This document shows positions 27,832-39,614 of a stretch of DNA of 64,000 bases, piece by piece. The position numbers and the translations under genes are program-made. Positions within the stretch are counted from its first letter, which is position 1; every line of letters begins with the position of its first letter. The notes below the pieces were generated by a model. The model made no database searches. It was not told the DNA's origin and was given only the letters and a program-made list of their open reading frames with translations. The DNA comes from Chthoniobacteraceae bacterium (lineage in GTDB: Bacteria; Verrucomicrobiota; Verrucomicrobiia; Chthoniobacterales; Chthoniobacteraceae). The stretch is from assembly GCA_031409335.1 (NCBI GenBank), contig JANNWY010000212.1:32001-96000 (forward strand), in the 5' to 3' direction.

Positions 27832-30729
27832 CTAAGGGCCGTGGATCGTCAGCCCCGGCCGCGCCGCCCGCAGCACCGCCACCCCCTCCTGGCTCACTCC
27901 CGTACAGCCGTCGAGCCAGAGCTCTTGCAGAGAAGCCAGCGCGAACAGCGGCTGAAGGTCGCTCACGCTCGTGCAGAAGCGGAGGTCGAGCCATCCCCAT
28001 CCCAGTGAAGCCAGCATACGCAGTGGGCCGAGGTCGCGCACTTCTGTGCAGCCGGCGAGGTCGAGCCCTTGCAGGGAAGCCAGGGCACTCAGCGGATGGA
28101 GGTCACTCACCCCCGTGCAGCCGGAAAGGGAAAGATCTCGCAGGGAAGCCAGCGCGTGCAACGGATGGAGATGGTTCACACCCGTGCAGCCGGTGAGGTG
28201 GATTCTCTCCGGACGGAGTGCAGCGGCGGCTTCGAGGGCGGGGGTCCGATACACGCTGCCGGCGACGATGAGGGACCGGGCGATGTTCCAGTTTCCACTA
28301 AACGCCGCGATGTGGGCCTTCCACAGGCTGCTCCAAATCTTTGCGCGCTGCGTGTCGTCGAGGGTCACTTCCTGGTCGATCGAGATGCCGGCGAGGAGTC
28401 GCGCGGCGGTGATGGGCATCCACTGCTTGCCTTTCTTCGGCTCGGTGGCGAGTTGGGGGAAGGTCCAGCGCAGGATGGTGAGGGTGTCGGGCGGGCTGTG
28501 GCGCAGCTTTTCCACGAGGAAGAGCAGCGGCTCGTGCCACACGGGCAGCGCGGCCATCGCGGCGAACATCTTCTCCTCATCCTCCTTTGCGGGGACGGCG
28601 GGCGCGCCGAAGAAGCCGTCCGCAGTCCCCTGCGCCTTGTCATTCAGGATGCGGCGGAAGTCCCGCTCGAGATGGCAGGCGGCGTAGTATTCCTGAAAGG
28701 AGAGGTGGGCGAAGCCGAAGACGCCCTCGCCGAGCGGGAGCAGCAGGCCGGTGCGGTTCGCGATGTGATCGAGGAAACGGTGCAGCTCGGCGCAGGCGGC
28801 AGCGTCCTGCGCCCCGCCGAAGCGCGGGCCGAGCCATTCCTCAAGCTCCGCGCGGGTGACGAGGATTTCGGTCTTCGCCTCCTCCTCCTGCGCGCCGCGC
28901 AGCTCCTGCATCCGCATGGCGGCGATGGCTACGAAAAGCGCCCCGGGGTTGTGCGGGTCGAGCAATACCTGACGCTGCGCGTGGGCGGCGCGCGTTTTCC
29001 CTGATCTGGCGAGCAAGTCTTTCGGCAAAATTGCCCGCTGCTCCTGCATCCGCATGGCGACGATCGAGAGCAGTTCCTCCTTTTCCTCGGGCTTCCACGC
29101 GACGACGAGGGAATCCGGCAGGCGCTTATTGATGTCGATCGCGCCAAGGTAGGCGTCGGAGATGGCGGCATAGACGAGCGCGCGTCCGTTGGGCAGATGG
29201 GCCTTGTGGCGATAGAGCAGGGCGAGGAGGTAAAGGAGATTCGGCACGCGCCCGATGACGCGCGTGTGCGCATGCCGGTGGACGGCGTTGATGAAGTCTT
29301 CCGCCCGCTGCGTGCCCGCCGCTTCGCCGAGGCGGGGGCAAAACCAGTTCCCGGCGAAGGCGCGCTGCTGCGGGTCGTCAAGGGGGGTGAGGTGGAGGAG
29401 GGTGGCTTTTTCGAAGCCGTTGTGTCTTTCCATCCGGCCGTCCACGATCTTCGTGAGAAAAATGGTGGGGCGACCTTTCTCATCGGGTTCGCGGTCGTCG
29501 CGTATGAATCTACGATGCACCTCCGCCTGCTCATACCCCACAACCCGCGAGGTGACGAGCCACCGCCCCTCGGGATACTTTTCAAACCCCTCCCAGATCG
29601 CATCCCGGATGGCGGTGCGGCGCTGCGGGTCGCCGATCTCGTCGAGGCCGTCGATGAGGAAGAAGGCGCGGCCCGAGGCGAGGGTGGCGCGGAAAAGCGC
29701 GTCGTCCGCCGTGAGCGGGGCGGCGAGGGGCGCGCCCTTGCCACGATGCCGCCAATGCCGGAAGGCGGCGACGAGGGCGTCCCAAGTCCACTCCTTCACC
29801 TCCGCCGGCATGGCGGAGACGAGGTCGCGGAGGATGAAGGGCAGCGGCACCGCCCCGCGCAGCGCCTCCGCGCCGGGCGGGACGGCTTCATCGGCGAGGG
29901 TGGCGATGAGATACTGGATGACGGTGCTCTTTCCCATGCCCGGATCGGCGAGGAGGACGACGCGGGCCTTCTCCCCGGCGAGGAGCGGGAGTAGCGGCCG
30001 CGCGGGGTTTTTCTCCCGCCACACGGCATCGAACGCCTCGGGCGTGAAGTGCGCATCGGTGCAGGCGGGCTCGACGAAGAGCTTGCGGATGAGGACGGGC
30101 CGGTCCTGCTCGCCGTCCCGCACGTCGCGATCGGGGACGGGGAGGCCGAGGTTTTCGTAGGTGGCGAACTGCTCGCGGAGGTTCGCGAAGTAGCGGTGGA
30201 GCGCGTGCGACGGATCATGTCCTCCACCCGTTCCCAGCTCCTCATCTAAAACCTTGTCCGCCGCGACGAGTGCCTTCACGTTCGGCAAGTTTTTCATCTG
30301 CTTGAGCAGATCAGCCAAGTCCCAGCACTCGATTTCCGGGCCACCCGCCGCTTGCGCGAACTTCTTCGGCATTCCGGGTTTCCGGGGAAGCAGGAAGAAG
30401 ATGATGAGCCGGTCGAAGTCGTCACCAAGGCGGTGCTCGAACGCCTTATCCTTTGTGCCGGCGATCTTCCGAGCGGTCGCTTCATTGGTGACCAGCATGG
30501 CGATGCGATGCCCGCGATCACCGAGGTCGGCGGCTGGGAAATCGGCTTGCTCCGCATTGAGGTCCACGAGGTTCCAGCCCAGCAAAGCATTGAAGAACCG
30601 CGCCATGACGAACTCGAGGGTGATATTCGAGTCAGTGAAGCTCGCGCGCGTCTGCGTCTTCAACTGGTCCGCGAGGACGTTCAGCCGGCGGGCGATGTTC
30701 TTGGCGAGAGTCTCACGCTCGAAGGGCAT
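27832..30729 (-). CDS. SMEK-NACHT-LRR protein (bacterial NLR-like, candidate anti-phage)
   Basis: N-terminal GWNLVDLNAEQADFPAADLGD..RIAMLVT (SMEK-like); Walker A ADPGMGKST, Walker B FFLIDGLDEI, LVTSR, FAHLSFQEYYAA; C-terminal ~23-aa LRRs L.PL..LASL..L.L.GCT.V.D. Confidence 0.88.
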   Translation of the reverse strand: MPFERETLAKNIARRLNVLADQLKTQTRASFTDSNITLEFVMARFFNALLGWNLVDLNAEQADFPAADLGDRGHRIAMLVTNEATARKIAGTKDKAFEHRLGDDFDRLIIFFLLPRKPGMPKKFAQAAGGPEIECWDLADLLKQMKNLPNVKALVAADKVLDEELGTGGGHDPSHALHRYFANLREQFATYENLGLPVPDRDVRDGEQDRPVLIRKLFVEPACTDAHFTPEAFDAVWREKNPARPLLPLLAGEKARVVLLADPGMGKSTVIQYLIATLADEAVPPGAEALRGAVPLPFILRDLVSAMPAEVKEWTWDALVAAFRHWRHRGKGAPLAAPLTADDALFRATLASGRAFFLIDGLDEIGDPQRRTAIRDAIWEGFEKYPEGRWLVTSRVVGYEQAEVHRRFIRDDREPDEKGRPTIFLTKIVDGRMERHNGFEKATLLHLTPLDDPQQRAFAGNWFCPRLGEAAGTQRAEDFINAVHRHAHTRVIGRVPNLLYLLALLYRHKAHLPNGRALVYAAISDAYLGAIDINKRLPDSLVVAWKPEEKEELLSIVAMRMQEQRAILPKDLLARSGKTRAAHAQRQVLLDPHNPGALFVAIAAMRMQELRGAQEEEAKTEILVTRAELEEWLGPRFGGAQDAAACAELHRFLDHIANRTGLLLPLGEGVFGFAHLSFQEYYAACHLERDFRRILNDKAQGTADGFFGAPAVPAKEDEEKMFAAMAALPVWHEPLLFLVEKLRHSPPDTLTILRWTFPQLATEPKKGKQWMPITAARLLAGISIDQEVTLDDTQRAKIWSSLWKAHIAAFSGNWNIARSLIVAGSVYRTPALEAAAALRPERIHLTGCTGVNHLHPLHALASLRDLSLSGCTGVSDLHPLSALASLQGLDLAGCTEVRDLGPLRMLASLGWGWLDLRFCTSVSDLQPLFALASLQELWLDGCTGVSQEGVAVLRAARPGLTIHGP

Positions 30730-30838
30730 GGAGAAAGGGAGGTTGGTGCGAGCTTAGCGGGCGAAGCGAAAACCGCAGCTCGCCGTCAGGTAGGCTCATC
30801 CTGCGCGCCGTCTTAACAGGCGGCGGCTGCGCGGCCAA

Positions 30839-31423
30839 TCATTCCTTGCTCGCCTCCGCCTTCACTACCTTGCGCGCCTGCGCGACGAGGAGGTTGCACG
30901 CTTCGTGGCAGAACAGGGGAATGTTGCCCGCGTCGTCTGGCGGCGTCTGCCCATCCCAGAGGCGGCACTTTAGACAACCTGCGCAGAACGAGTCGATCAT
31001 CGTTCGCGCCTGCTCGTCGGTGATCTTTTGCGTGATGCGATACATGCCGGTCTGGCGGTCCAGCGTTTCGCGGAAAGGCACGGGGCGCAGCGCGCCGAGC
31101 AACTGGCTTTGCCACACCGCGGTCATCGCCGGATAGAAATAGTCGAGCGCCCGCCGCAGCTCATCGACGTCGCGCAAAACCAGTCGCCAGCCGTGGCGCA
31201 GATTTGGCGCGGTTTTCAGCGGGCGATAGGCTTCCGCGTCGTCGAGACTTGCGAGGTGCCGCGCCGCGTTGGCATCGTCGTGGCGCGCGAGATCGGCGCG
31301 GGAAAGATCATCCGCGTGCCGCAACTCCCAGCCGTCCGCCGTTTCCAAAACCACGATCTGCCCGATCCGGGTGCGCCCGCTTTCCAGCCACGCGGCGAGC
31401 GATTGCGTCAGCGTCTGTTTCAC
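30839..31423 (-). CDS. DR2241-like protein (CbiX-associated)
   Basis: YRPLKTAPNLRHGW, LDYFYPA, RQTGMYR, C..CLKCRLW, CHEACNLLV; GTGA overlap with cbiX-like gene. Confidence 0.85.
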   Translation of the reverse strand: MKQTLTQSLAAWLESGRTRIGQIVVLETADGWELRHADDLSRADLARHDDANAARHLASLDDAEAYRPLKTAPNLRHGWRLVLRDVDELRRALDYFYPAMTAVWQSQLLGALRPVPFRETLDRQTGMYRITQKITDEQARTMIDSFCAGCLKCRLWDGQTPPDDAGNIPLFCHEACNLLVAQARKVVKAEASKE

Positions 31424-32232
31424 GCGGCGTGCAGGGCGTCAAAGGCCGCGACTTGATCAAGCACGATCTCGGCGAAGAGCGCCTCGGTGCCGATCGCGCT
31501 CGCGTAGAACAGCGTGCGCCCGCGCCGCGCATACGGATTGCCGCGAAACACTGCCGCACGATCACGACTCGCCGCACCTGGCGACTCGTCCGCGATGCCG
31601 AGCAGCACCGGGATGTCCTCATAGCTATGCAGCCCGTCGGCGATGAAGAATGGCACGACGACGACATTCGGCTGCGTGGAAAGCGCGTCCCATTTCGCGA
31701 TCAGCGGCTCCTCTTCCATGTAGGAACTCAGCACCTCGCCGTAGATGCCGCGCTCGCGAATCCGCTCCACTTCGCGCTTCGCGGCCGCGGCGGAGTTGTC
31801 GTTGAGATTCGTGCCGTGCCCGACGATGAAGAGGCTCGTCTCGCGCGGCGGAACGCCGGGAGCAATCTGCGCGGCGCGGTGCAGCAGCAGCTCCGTCATC
31901 CGCGCATGATTTCCGGCGGGCTCGCAATACTTGATGGTGCGCGCGCCGCGTCGCGTGACCGGGCCTTCCAGCTCTAGTTCGCGCGGTATGACGGTGCGCG
32001 TGAAGTAGCCTTCGCTGATGAAATTTGGCACCACATAAATGTCGTCGCGATCCACCATGTGCAGCACCTGCCGGAGACTCGGCTCCTCTTTCCAAAACGC
32101 GCAATGCACCTCGCCAAACTTCCCACGCCGCAAAATCTCTTCCGCGTGGTCGAAAGTCGGCGCGCTCGAATCGGGATTCACCGTCGAGCCGTGGCCGACG
32201 AGGATGAGCGCGCTGTCAGGTTTGGAAAACAT
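31420..32232 (-). CDS. cbiX: CbiX/SirB-family chelatase
   Basis: Two domains with LVGHGS / IVGHGT, FWKEEP, VVPNFISEGYF, VPFFIADGLH...DIP. Confidence 0.85.
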   Translation of the reverse strand: MFSKPDSALILVGHGSTVNPDSSAPTFDHAEEILRRGKFGEVHCAFWKEEPSLRQVLHMVDRDDIYVVPNFISEGYFTRTVIPRELELEGPVTRRGARTIKYCEPAGNHARMTELLLHRAAQIAPGVPPRETSLFIVGHGTNLNDNSAAAAKREVERIRERGIYGEVLSSYMEEEPLIAKWDALSTQPNVVVVPFFIADGLHSYEDIPVLLGIADESPGAASRDRAAVFRGNPYARRGRTLFYASAIGTEALFAEIVLDQVAAFDALHAA

Positions 32233-32300
32233 GTGTCTGTTGGCCTAACTCTTACGCATCACGAAGTCGAACGGTTTCCCCGGCGGGCGCAGGCGCAGCA

Positions 32301-32397
32301 TAAACACAGAGCCACAGACGACACAGAGATTCACAGAGACGGATTTTCCTGATTTTCCCCTCTGTGTATCTCCGTGTTCTTCGTGCCTCTGTGTTTA
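32301..32397. repeat. palindromic CACAGAG-unit intergenic repeat
   Basis: TAAACACAGAG..CACAGAC..ACACAGAG..CACAGAG (32301-32338) facing the inverse units CTCTGTG...CTCTGTGTTTA (32360-32397). Confidence 0.75.
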
Positions 32398-32409
32398 AGT
32401 CCGCCCGCA

Positions 32410-34230
32410 TCACCGCGCGGGCGTGCGCCGCAAGATCGCGATCCGCGCGCGCGATTCCCCGTCGTGCACATCGAGTTCCGCCGCCTCGGTGAAAGCGGCA
32501 ATCGCGCGCGGATCGTCGCGCTCCTTTGCCAGCAGATCGCCAAGCATCGCCCATGATTCGGCGCGGAAGGACTGGCGGTCGAGGAATCCGCTCAGTTCGC
32601 GGATCGCATCGACGCGGCGCTCGGCGCGATCAAGTTCGCCGATGTAACGCCGCCAGGTCGGCCAGTGATTCTGCGCGGCGACGGCCGCGTCGCGCAGCAT
32701 CGGCGTGATGTCCGCGCCGGTTTTGATCCGCGCGAGCGACGCGCGCAGCAGGCGCCAATCGCTCACGACGACGGGATGCGTCTCCGCTTTCGCCAGCAGC
32801 GATTCCGCGGCGTCGAGTTGATTTAGGCGGATGAGCACCGCCGCCGCGCCGAGCTGTGCGAAGGGCTGATCCGGCGCGAGCGCGAGCGCCTTTTTCATTT
32901 CCTCCAGCGCGAGGTCGTCGCGCTTTTCCGATGATTCCAGTTGCCCGAGATTCACCCGCATCCGCGCGCTGTCGCCGCCGTTCGCGATGTTGCGTTCGAG
33001 AAAAGTGCGCTGGTCTTTCCAGTCCGGCTGGCGCTGCCAGGTCCGCGCGCCGAGCCATGCGGCCCATGGGACGAAGGCGACCAATGCGAGCCTGGCGATG
33101 CGCGGATATTCGGAAAGCGTCGCGGCGCTCGCGATGAAGAGAAACGCCAGCGGCACATACAGCCAGTGCTCCGCCACGCTCGCGTTCAGCGCGAAAATAT
33201 TGCTCACCGGCAAATACGCCACCAGCCCTGCGATCAAGGCCAGCGCAGCTACCGGCGCGTGCCGCCGCGACCAGCGCCACCAAACGACGCAGCCCGCGAT
33301 CAGCGCCAAACCCAGCAGCGTCTGCCACTCGCGCCGCTGCGCGATCGCATCGCGCTCCGCCGGCGGACCGACGCCCGAACTCACATCCCGCTCCATCCGC
33401 AAATTCACCGGAGCCACGATCAGCCCTGCGTATTCCGCCACTGCGCGCGCCGCGAGGATCGGGCGCACACTCGCTGGCGGCACATCCTGCTTTGGCGGCG
33501 GAATGTTTTCCGCGGTAAAACGCAGCGCGCAATAAACCGCGATCACCGCCGCTCCGAGCGCGATCCATTTTCCCCAAACCGCGCGCGGCACGCGATGCCA
33601 CGCGAGCATCGCAAACCAAATCAGTAGCGCCGCCGCGCCCGCTTCCTTCGACAAAAGCGCGCCCAAAAAACAAACCGCCGCAGCAGCGCTCCACCACCGG
33701 GGACGCCGCACTTCGAGGCTTTTCAGCGCCAGCGTCAGTCCCAAAAATCCGAACAGCGCCTGCAACGGATCGGCCCGCCCGGCGATGTAAGTCACCGCCG
33801 AAGTATGCAGCGGATGAATCGCCCAGAGCACCGCGATCCCGCCCGCCCAGCCGCGATGCGCGGTCAGTTTTTCCGCAAGGAAAAACAGCGCAATCGCCGC
33901 CGCGAGATGCACGTAGATACTCGTGAGATGCCAGCCGTGTGCGCTGCGATCCCATAGCGCGTAGTCCGCCGTGAAGGACACGCGCTGGAGCGGGCGGTAG
34001 AAATTGGAAGCCGTCGCGTCGATGAACAGAAAATGCCGGAAGCCCTCGGGAATCAGCCGCCAGCTTCGGATCAGCGGATCGCGCTGCACGAGCGCGGTGT
34101 CATCCCAGACAAATCCGTTGCGCTGCGCTGGCCAGTACACGAAAAGCGTCGCCACGATGATGAACAAAATTGCCCCGGCGCGCTGGAGATTTTTCAAGGT
34201 GACGATGATGCGAAGCTCACGCCGGGCCAT
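32410..34230 (-). CDS. TMTC-like GT-C membrane glycosyltransferase with C-terminal TPRs
   Basis: FVWDD, FYRPL, HPLHTSAVTYIAGRAD, LSKE, AEHWLYVP, many TMs, TPR-like helices; start uncertain (ATG 34230 or TTG 34197). Confidence 0.85.
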   Translation of the reverse strand: MARRELRIIVTLKNLQRAGAILFIIVATLFVYWPAQRNGFVWDDTALVQRDPLIRSWRLIPEGFRHFLFIDATASNFYRPLQRVSFTADYALWDRSAHGWHLTSIYVHLAAAIALFFLAEKLTAHRGWAGGIAVLWAIHPLHTSAVTYIAGRADPLQALFGFLGLTLALKSLEVRRPRWWSAAAAVCFLGALLSKEAGAAALLIWFAMLAWHRVPRAVWGKWIALGAAVIAVYCALRFTAENIPPPKQDVPPASVRPILAARAVAEYAGLIVAPVNLRMERDVSSGVGPPAERDAIAQRREWQTLLGLALIAGCVVWWRWSRRHAPVAALALIAGLVAYLPVSNIFALNASVAEHWLYVPLAFLFIASAATLSEYPRIARLALVAFVPWAAWLGARTWQRQPDWKDQRTFLERNIANGGDSARMRVNLGQLESSEKRDDLALEEMKKALALAPDQPFAQLGAAAVLIRLNQLDAAESLLAKAETHPVVVSDWRLLRASLARIKTGADITPMLRDAAVAAQNHWPTWRRYIGELDRAERRVDAIRELSGFLDRQSFRAESWAMLGDLLAKERDDPRAIAAFTEAAELDVHDGESRARIAILRRTPAR

Positions 34231-34240
34231 CAAGTCTGCC

Positions 34241-35083
34241 GTGGTTCTTGCGGGCAAGTGGCGCAGCCGCCCCGGCTGCCGGCCAGTCCTGCGATCGACC
34301 CGACCGCAGTCGGCAGGCGAGGCGCCCGCCGGACGGCTCACAGCCGGGGCGGCTGCGCTACTCCTCGCCTTGCCCCCCGCCGCGCCCGCGGGCGAACTCG
34401 ATGGCGCGAAACAACTCATCGTCAGCATCGCGCCGACGTGGAATGCGACCACGGGCCGGCTGCAATGCTTTGAGCGGAGCGGTTCCGGCTGGAAACCCGT
34501 GACGAATGCGTGGCCCGTGCTTTACGGAAAAAGCGGCCTCGCGTGGGGTCGCGGCGTGCTCGGGCAAAGTGAGTCCGGCTTGAAAAAAACCGAGCGCGAC
34601 AAACGCGCGCCGGCAGGTGTCTTTCGCATCGGAAAAATCTACACCTACGACTCCGCGCTTCCGGGCGGGGCGGACTATCCGTTTCACACCGTCTCCACCG
34701 CCGACGCGTGGATCGACGATGCCGCGCATCCGCAATACAACCAGCATGTCGTGATCGATCCGCAAAACCCGCCGCCGTGGTTCGCGAAACAAAAGATGCG
34801 GCACGGCGATTTCGCCTACCGCTGGCTGCTGGAAATCCGGCACAACTCCGACCCGCCGCAGCCCGGCGCGGGCAGCGCGATTTTCTTCCACATCCGCCGC
34901 GGCGTGGATCGCCCGAGCGCGGGCTGCACGACGATGGCCGAGGAAAATCTGGTGAAACTGATCCGCACCCTCCGCCCCGAGGCGCGCCCACACTACGCGC
35001 TGCTCCCGCGCGGCGAATACGAGGCGAAATGGAAAGCGTGGGGACTGCCATCGCCGCCGGAAGCGGCAGCGCTTTTGCCGTAA
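34241..35083 (+). CDS. L,D-transpeptidase (YkuD-like) family protein
   Basis: G.SGLAWGRG, K.ERDKRAPAGVF, WIDD..HPQYN, GSAIFFH.....PSAGCT; start uncertain (GTG 34241). Confidence 0.85.
   Translation: MVLAGKWRSRPGCRPVLRSTRPQSAGEAPAGRLTAGAAALLLALPPAAPAGELDGAKQLIVSIAPTWNATTGRLQCFERSGSGWKPVTNAWPVLYGKSGLAWGRGVLGQSESGLKKTERDKRAPAGVFRIGKIYTYDSALPGGADYPFHTVSTADAWIDDAAHPQYNQHVVIDPQNPPPWFAKQKMRHGDFAYRWLLEIRHNSDPPQPGAGSAIFFHIRRGVDRPSAGCTTMAEENLVKLIRTLRPEARPHYALLPRGEYEAKWKAWGLPSPPEAAALLP
34257..34362. repeat. GTRG-type REP doublet at or inside the 5' end of the YkuD-like gene
   Basis: 22-bp arms AGTGGCGCAGCCGCCCCGGCTG (34257-34278) / CAGCCGGGGCGGCTGCGCTACT (34341-34362), 1 mismatch. Confidence 0.8.
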
Positions 35084-35086
35084 AAA

Positions 35087-37114
<2,028 letters not shown>

Positions 37115-37262
37115 GCTGCCTGCGCAGTCCTCTTCCTTCAGGATGGAGGAATTTGGGAGGATGATTGCTGATGAGACGCCAGCTCGCCTCTGCCGCCGTC
37201 CGTTGGATGGGTCGCGCTGACCGCTTGGCGCGGACGGCTGGGTGAGCCATGCTCACTTTCCA

Positions 37263-38027
37263 ATGCCGACTGCCCTTTCCGAAATCCCCGCGCTGCCGGG
37301 AAACGCGTCGCGTGAACCGCAACGCGAGCCGCTCTTCGTCGCGCGCGGACTCGAGAAGGTCTATCACACCGGCGAGGTCGATGTGCGCGCGCTGGATGGC
37401 GTGGACCTTGATCTTTATCCAGGCGAACTCATCGTCCTGCTCGGCGCGTCCGGCTCGGGAAAATCCACGCTGCTCAATATCCTCGGCGGACTCGATGTGC
37501 CGAGCGCGGGTTCGCTGACTTATCGAGGGCGCGACATCACAGATGCGGATGAGGATGAACTCACGCGCTTCCGCCGGGATTCGGTCGGGTTCATTTTTCA
37601 ATTTTACAACCTGATCCCGAGCCTCACCGGACGGGAAAACGTCGCACTCATCACCGAGATCGCGCGCGATCCGATGACGCCGGAGGAGGCGCTCGCGCTC
37701 GTCGAACTCACCGACCGCATGGACCATTTCCCGTCGCAGATGTCCGGCGGCCAGCAGCAGCGCGTGGCCATCGCGCGGGCGATCGCGAAGCGGCCCGAGG
37801 TCTTGCTTTGCGATGAACCGACTGGGGCGCTCGACGTGAAAACGGGGATCGCCGTGCTGGAAGCGATCGAGCATGTGAATCTCGAAATCGGTACGCTCAC
37901 CGTCGTCATCACGCACAATGCGGTGATCGCGGAAATGGCGGATCGCGTGATCCACCTGCGCGACGGACGCATCGCAAATATCACGCGCAACGAAACGCGG
38001 CGGCCCGTGCGCGAATTGGAATGGTGA
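37263..38027 (+). CDS. ABC exporter ATP-binding protein (MacB/LolD-like)
   Basis: [37 protein letters not shown]. Confidence 0.95.
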   Translation: MPTALSEIPALPGNASREPQREPLFVARGLEKVYHTGEVDVRALDGVDLDLYPGELIVLLGASGSGKSTLLNILGGLDVPSAGSLTYRGRDITDADEDELTRFRRDSVGFIFQFYNLIPSLTGRENVALITEIARDPMTPEEALALVELTDRMDHFPSQMSGGQQQRVAIARAIAKRPEVLLCDEPTGALDVKTGIAVLEAIEHVNLEIGTLTVVITHNAVIAEMADRVIHLRDGRIANITRNETRRPVRELEW

Positions 38028-39607
38028 TGCCGCGCTCGATATTTTTCCGCGCCCTCGCCGCGTTTTTCGCCATCGCGGCGGCTCAGGCGGAAGAGCCGGC
38101 GTACGATTTCGTGCTGCGCGGCGGGCGCATCATCGATGGCTCGGGCAATCCCGCCTTTCACGGCGATCTCGCGGTGAAAGGCGGATGCATCGCCGCCATC
38201 GGGAAAATCGTGGGCGCGGGCAAACGCGAAATCGCCGTCGCCGGAATGATCGTCGCGCCTGGATTCATCGACGTCCACACCCACGCGGAGGACATCGAAG
38301 AGCAGCCGCTCGGGGAGAACTTCCTGCGCATGGGCGTCACGACCATCGTGCTGGGGAATTGCGGAAGTTCGGTGCTCAACGTCGGCGAATTTTTCCAGCG
38401 GATCGAGACGGCCGCTTTTTCACCGAACGTCGCCACGCTCGTCGGCCACGGCACGGTGCGGCGCGCGGCGATGCACGGCTCGTTCGACCGCCTGCCGACC
38501 GAGCCGGAACTCACGCAGATGCGCGCGCTCGTGCGGCGCGGGATGGAAGACGGCGCGGTAGGGCTCGCGACGGGATTGATCTATCTGCCGGGCACTTTCG
38601 CGAAGACGGAGGAACTCATCGACATGGCGAAGGTGGCCGCGGAGTTCGGCGGGATTTACGCGACACATCAGCGGAGCGAGTCGGCGGAAATTTTCCAATC
38701 GCTCGACGAAATCTTCCGCATCGGGCGGGAGGCCCGCCTGCGCGTGGAAATCTCGCACTTGAAACTCTCCGGCCCATCAAACTGGGGCAAGGCCGCGCAG
38801 GTACTCGCGGCGATCGAAAAGGCGCGCGCCGAAGGGCTCGACATCACGCAGGATCAATACGCCTACACCGCGTCGAGTACGGGCATCAGCCAGCTCGTGC
38901 CGGAGGCGATGCGCGAGGGGGGCGACGCGAAATTTCGCGAGCGGCTGGATGATGCGGAGACGAAGGCGAAATACATCGCGGAGATGAAGCGCACGCTGGA
39001 GAAGCGAGGCAGCGCGGACTACGCGTACGCCGTCATCGCAGCCTACAAAATCGACCCGACATTGAACGGGCTGAACATCGCGACGGCGGCGGGAAAAGTG
39101 CGCTCGTCGCAGACGCTGGACGAGCAGATCGAGCTGATTTTCGACATCGTGCAAAATGGCGGGGCGACGGGCGTTTTCCACGGCATGAGCGAGGCGGATC
39201 TCGCGGTCTTCATGCAGCATCCTAATACGATGTTTGCCAGCGACAGCGGGGTGCGTCGTTTCCAGGAAGACGTGCCGCATCCGCGCGGCTACGGGAACAA
39301 CGCGCGCGTGCTCGCCGAATACGTGCGGGAGAAAAAAATCCTGCGCATCGAAGACGCCGTGCGGCGGATGACTTCGCTGCCGGCGCGCACGTTTCATTTC
39401 GCGGAGCGCGGAGAATTACTGCCTGGAAACTGGGCGGACATCACCGTCTTCGATCCTGAAAAAGTCGCCGACCCATCGACTTATGCCGACCCGCACCACT
39501 ACTCGACTGGCTTCCGCTTTGTCTTCGTGAACGGGGTGCTCGTGGTGGAAAGCGACACGCACACCGGAGCGCGTTCGGGCCAAGTGCTGCGCCGGGCGAC
39601 TCCATAA
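38021..39607 (+). CDS. N-acyl-D-amino-acid deacylase (D-aminoacylase family), exported
   Basis: [38 protein letters not shown]; signal peptide. Confidence 0.92.
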   Translation: MVMPRSIFFRALAAFFAIAAAQAEEPAYDFVLRGGRIIDGSGNPAFHGDLAVKGGCIAAIGKIVGAGKREIAVAGMIVAPGFIDVHTHAEDIEEQPLGENFLRMGVTTIVLGNCGSSVLNVGEFFQRIETAAFSPNVATLVGHGTVRRAAMHGSFDRLPTEPELTQMRALVRRGMEDGAVGLATGLIYLPGTFAKTEELIDMAKVAAEFGGIYATHQRSESAEIFQSLDEIFRIGREARLRVEISHLKLSGPSNWGKAAQVLAAIEKARAEGLDITQDQYAYTASSTGISQLVPEAMREGGDAKFRERLDDAETKAKYIAEMKRTLEKRGSADYAYAVIAAYKIDPTLNGLNIATAAGKVRSSQTLDEQIELIFDIVQNGGATGVFHGMSEADLAVFMQHPNTMFASDSGVRRFQEDVPHPRGYGNNARVLAEYVREKKILRIEDAVRRMTSLPARTFHFAERGELLPGNWADITVFDPEKVADPSTYADPHHYSTGFRFVFVNGVLVVESDTHTGARSGQVLRRATP

Positions 39608-39614
39608 AATTCCG

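Noticed and set aside
27880..28200. ~69-bp periodic repeats as a possible CRISPR array or DGR variable region
   Set aside because: They are coding LRR units; no unique spacers, cas genes or reverse transcriptase in the window
32233..32409. Cobalamin riboswitch upstream of the cbiX-like gene
   Set aside because: No B12-box or other conserved elements recognised; the region is explained by a repeat palindrome (an Infernal search would settle it)
37115..37260. Structured ncRNA downstream of gap
   Set aside because: Only short imperfect hairpins, as expected at this GC content; no recognisable family
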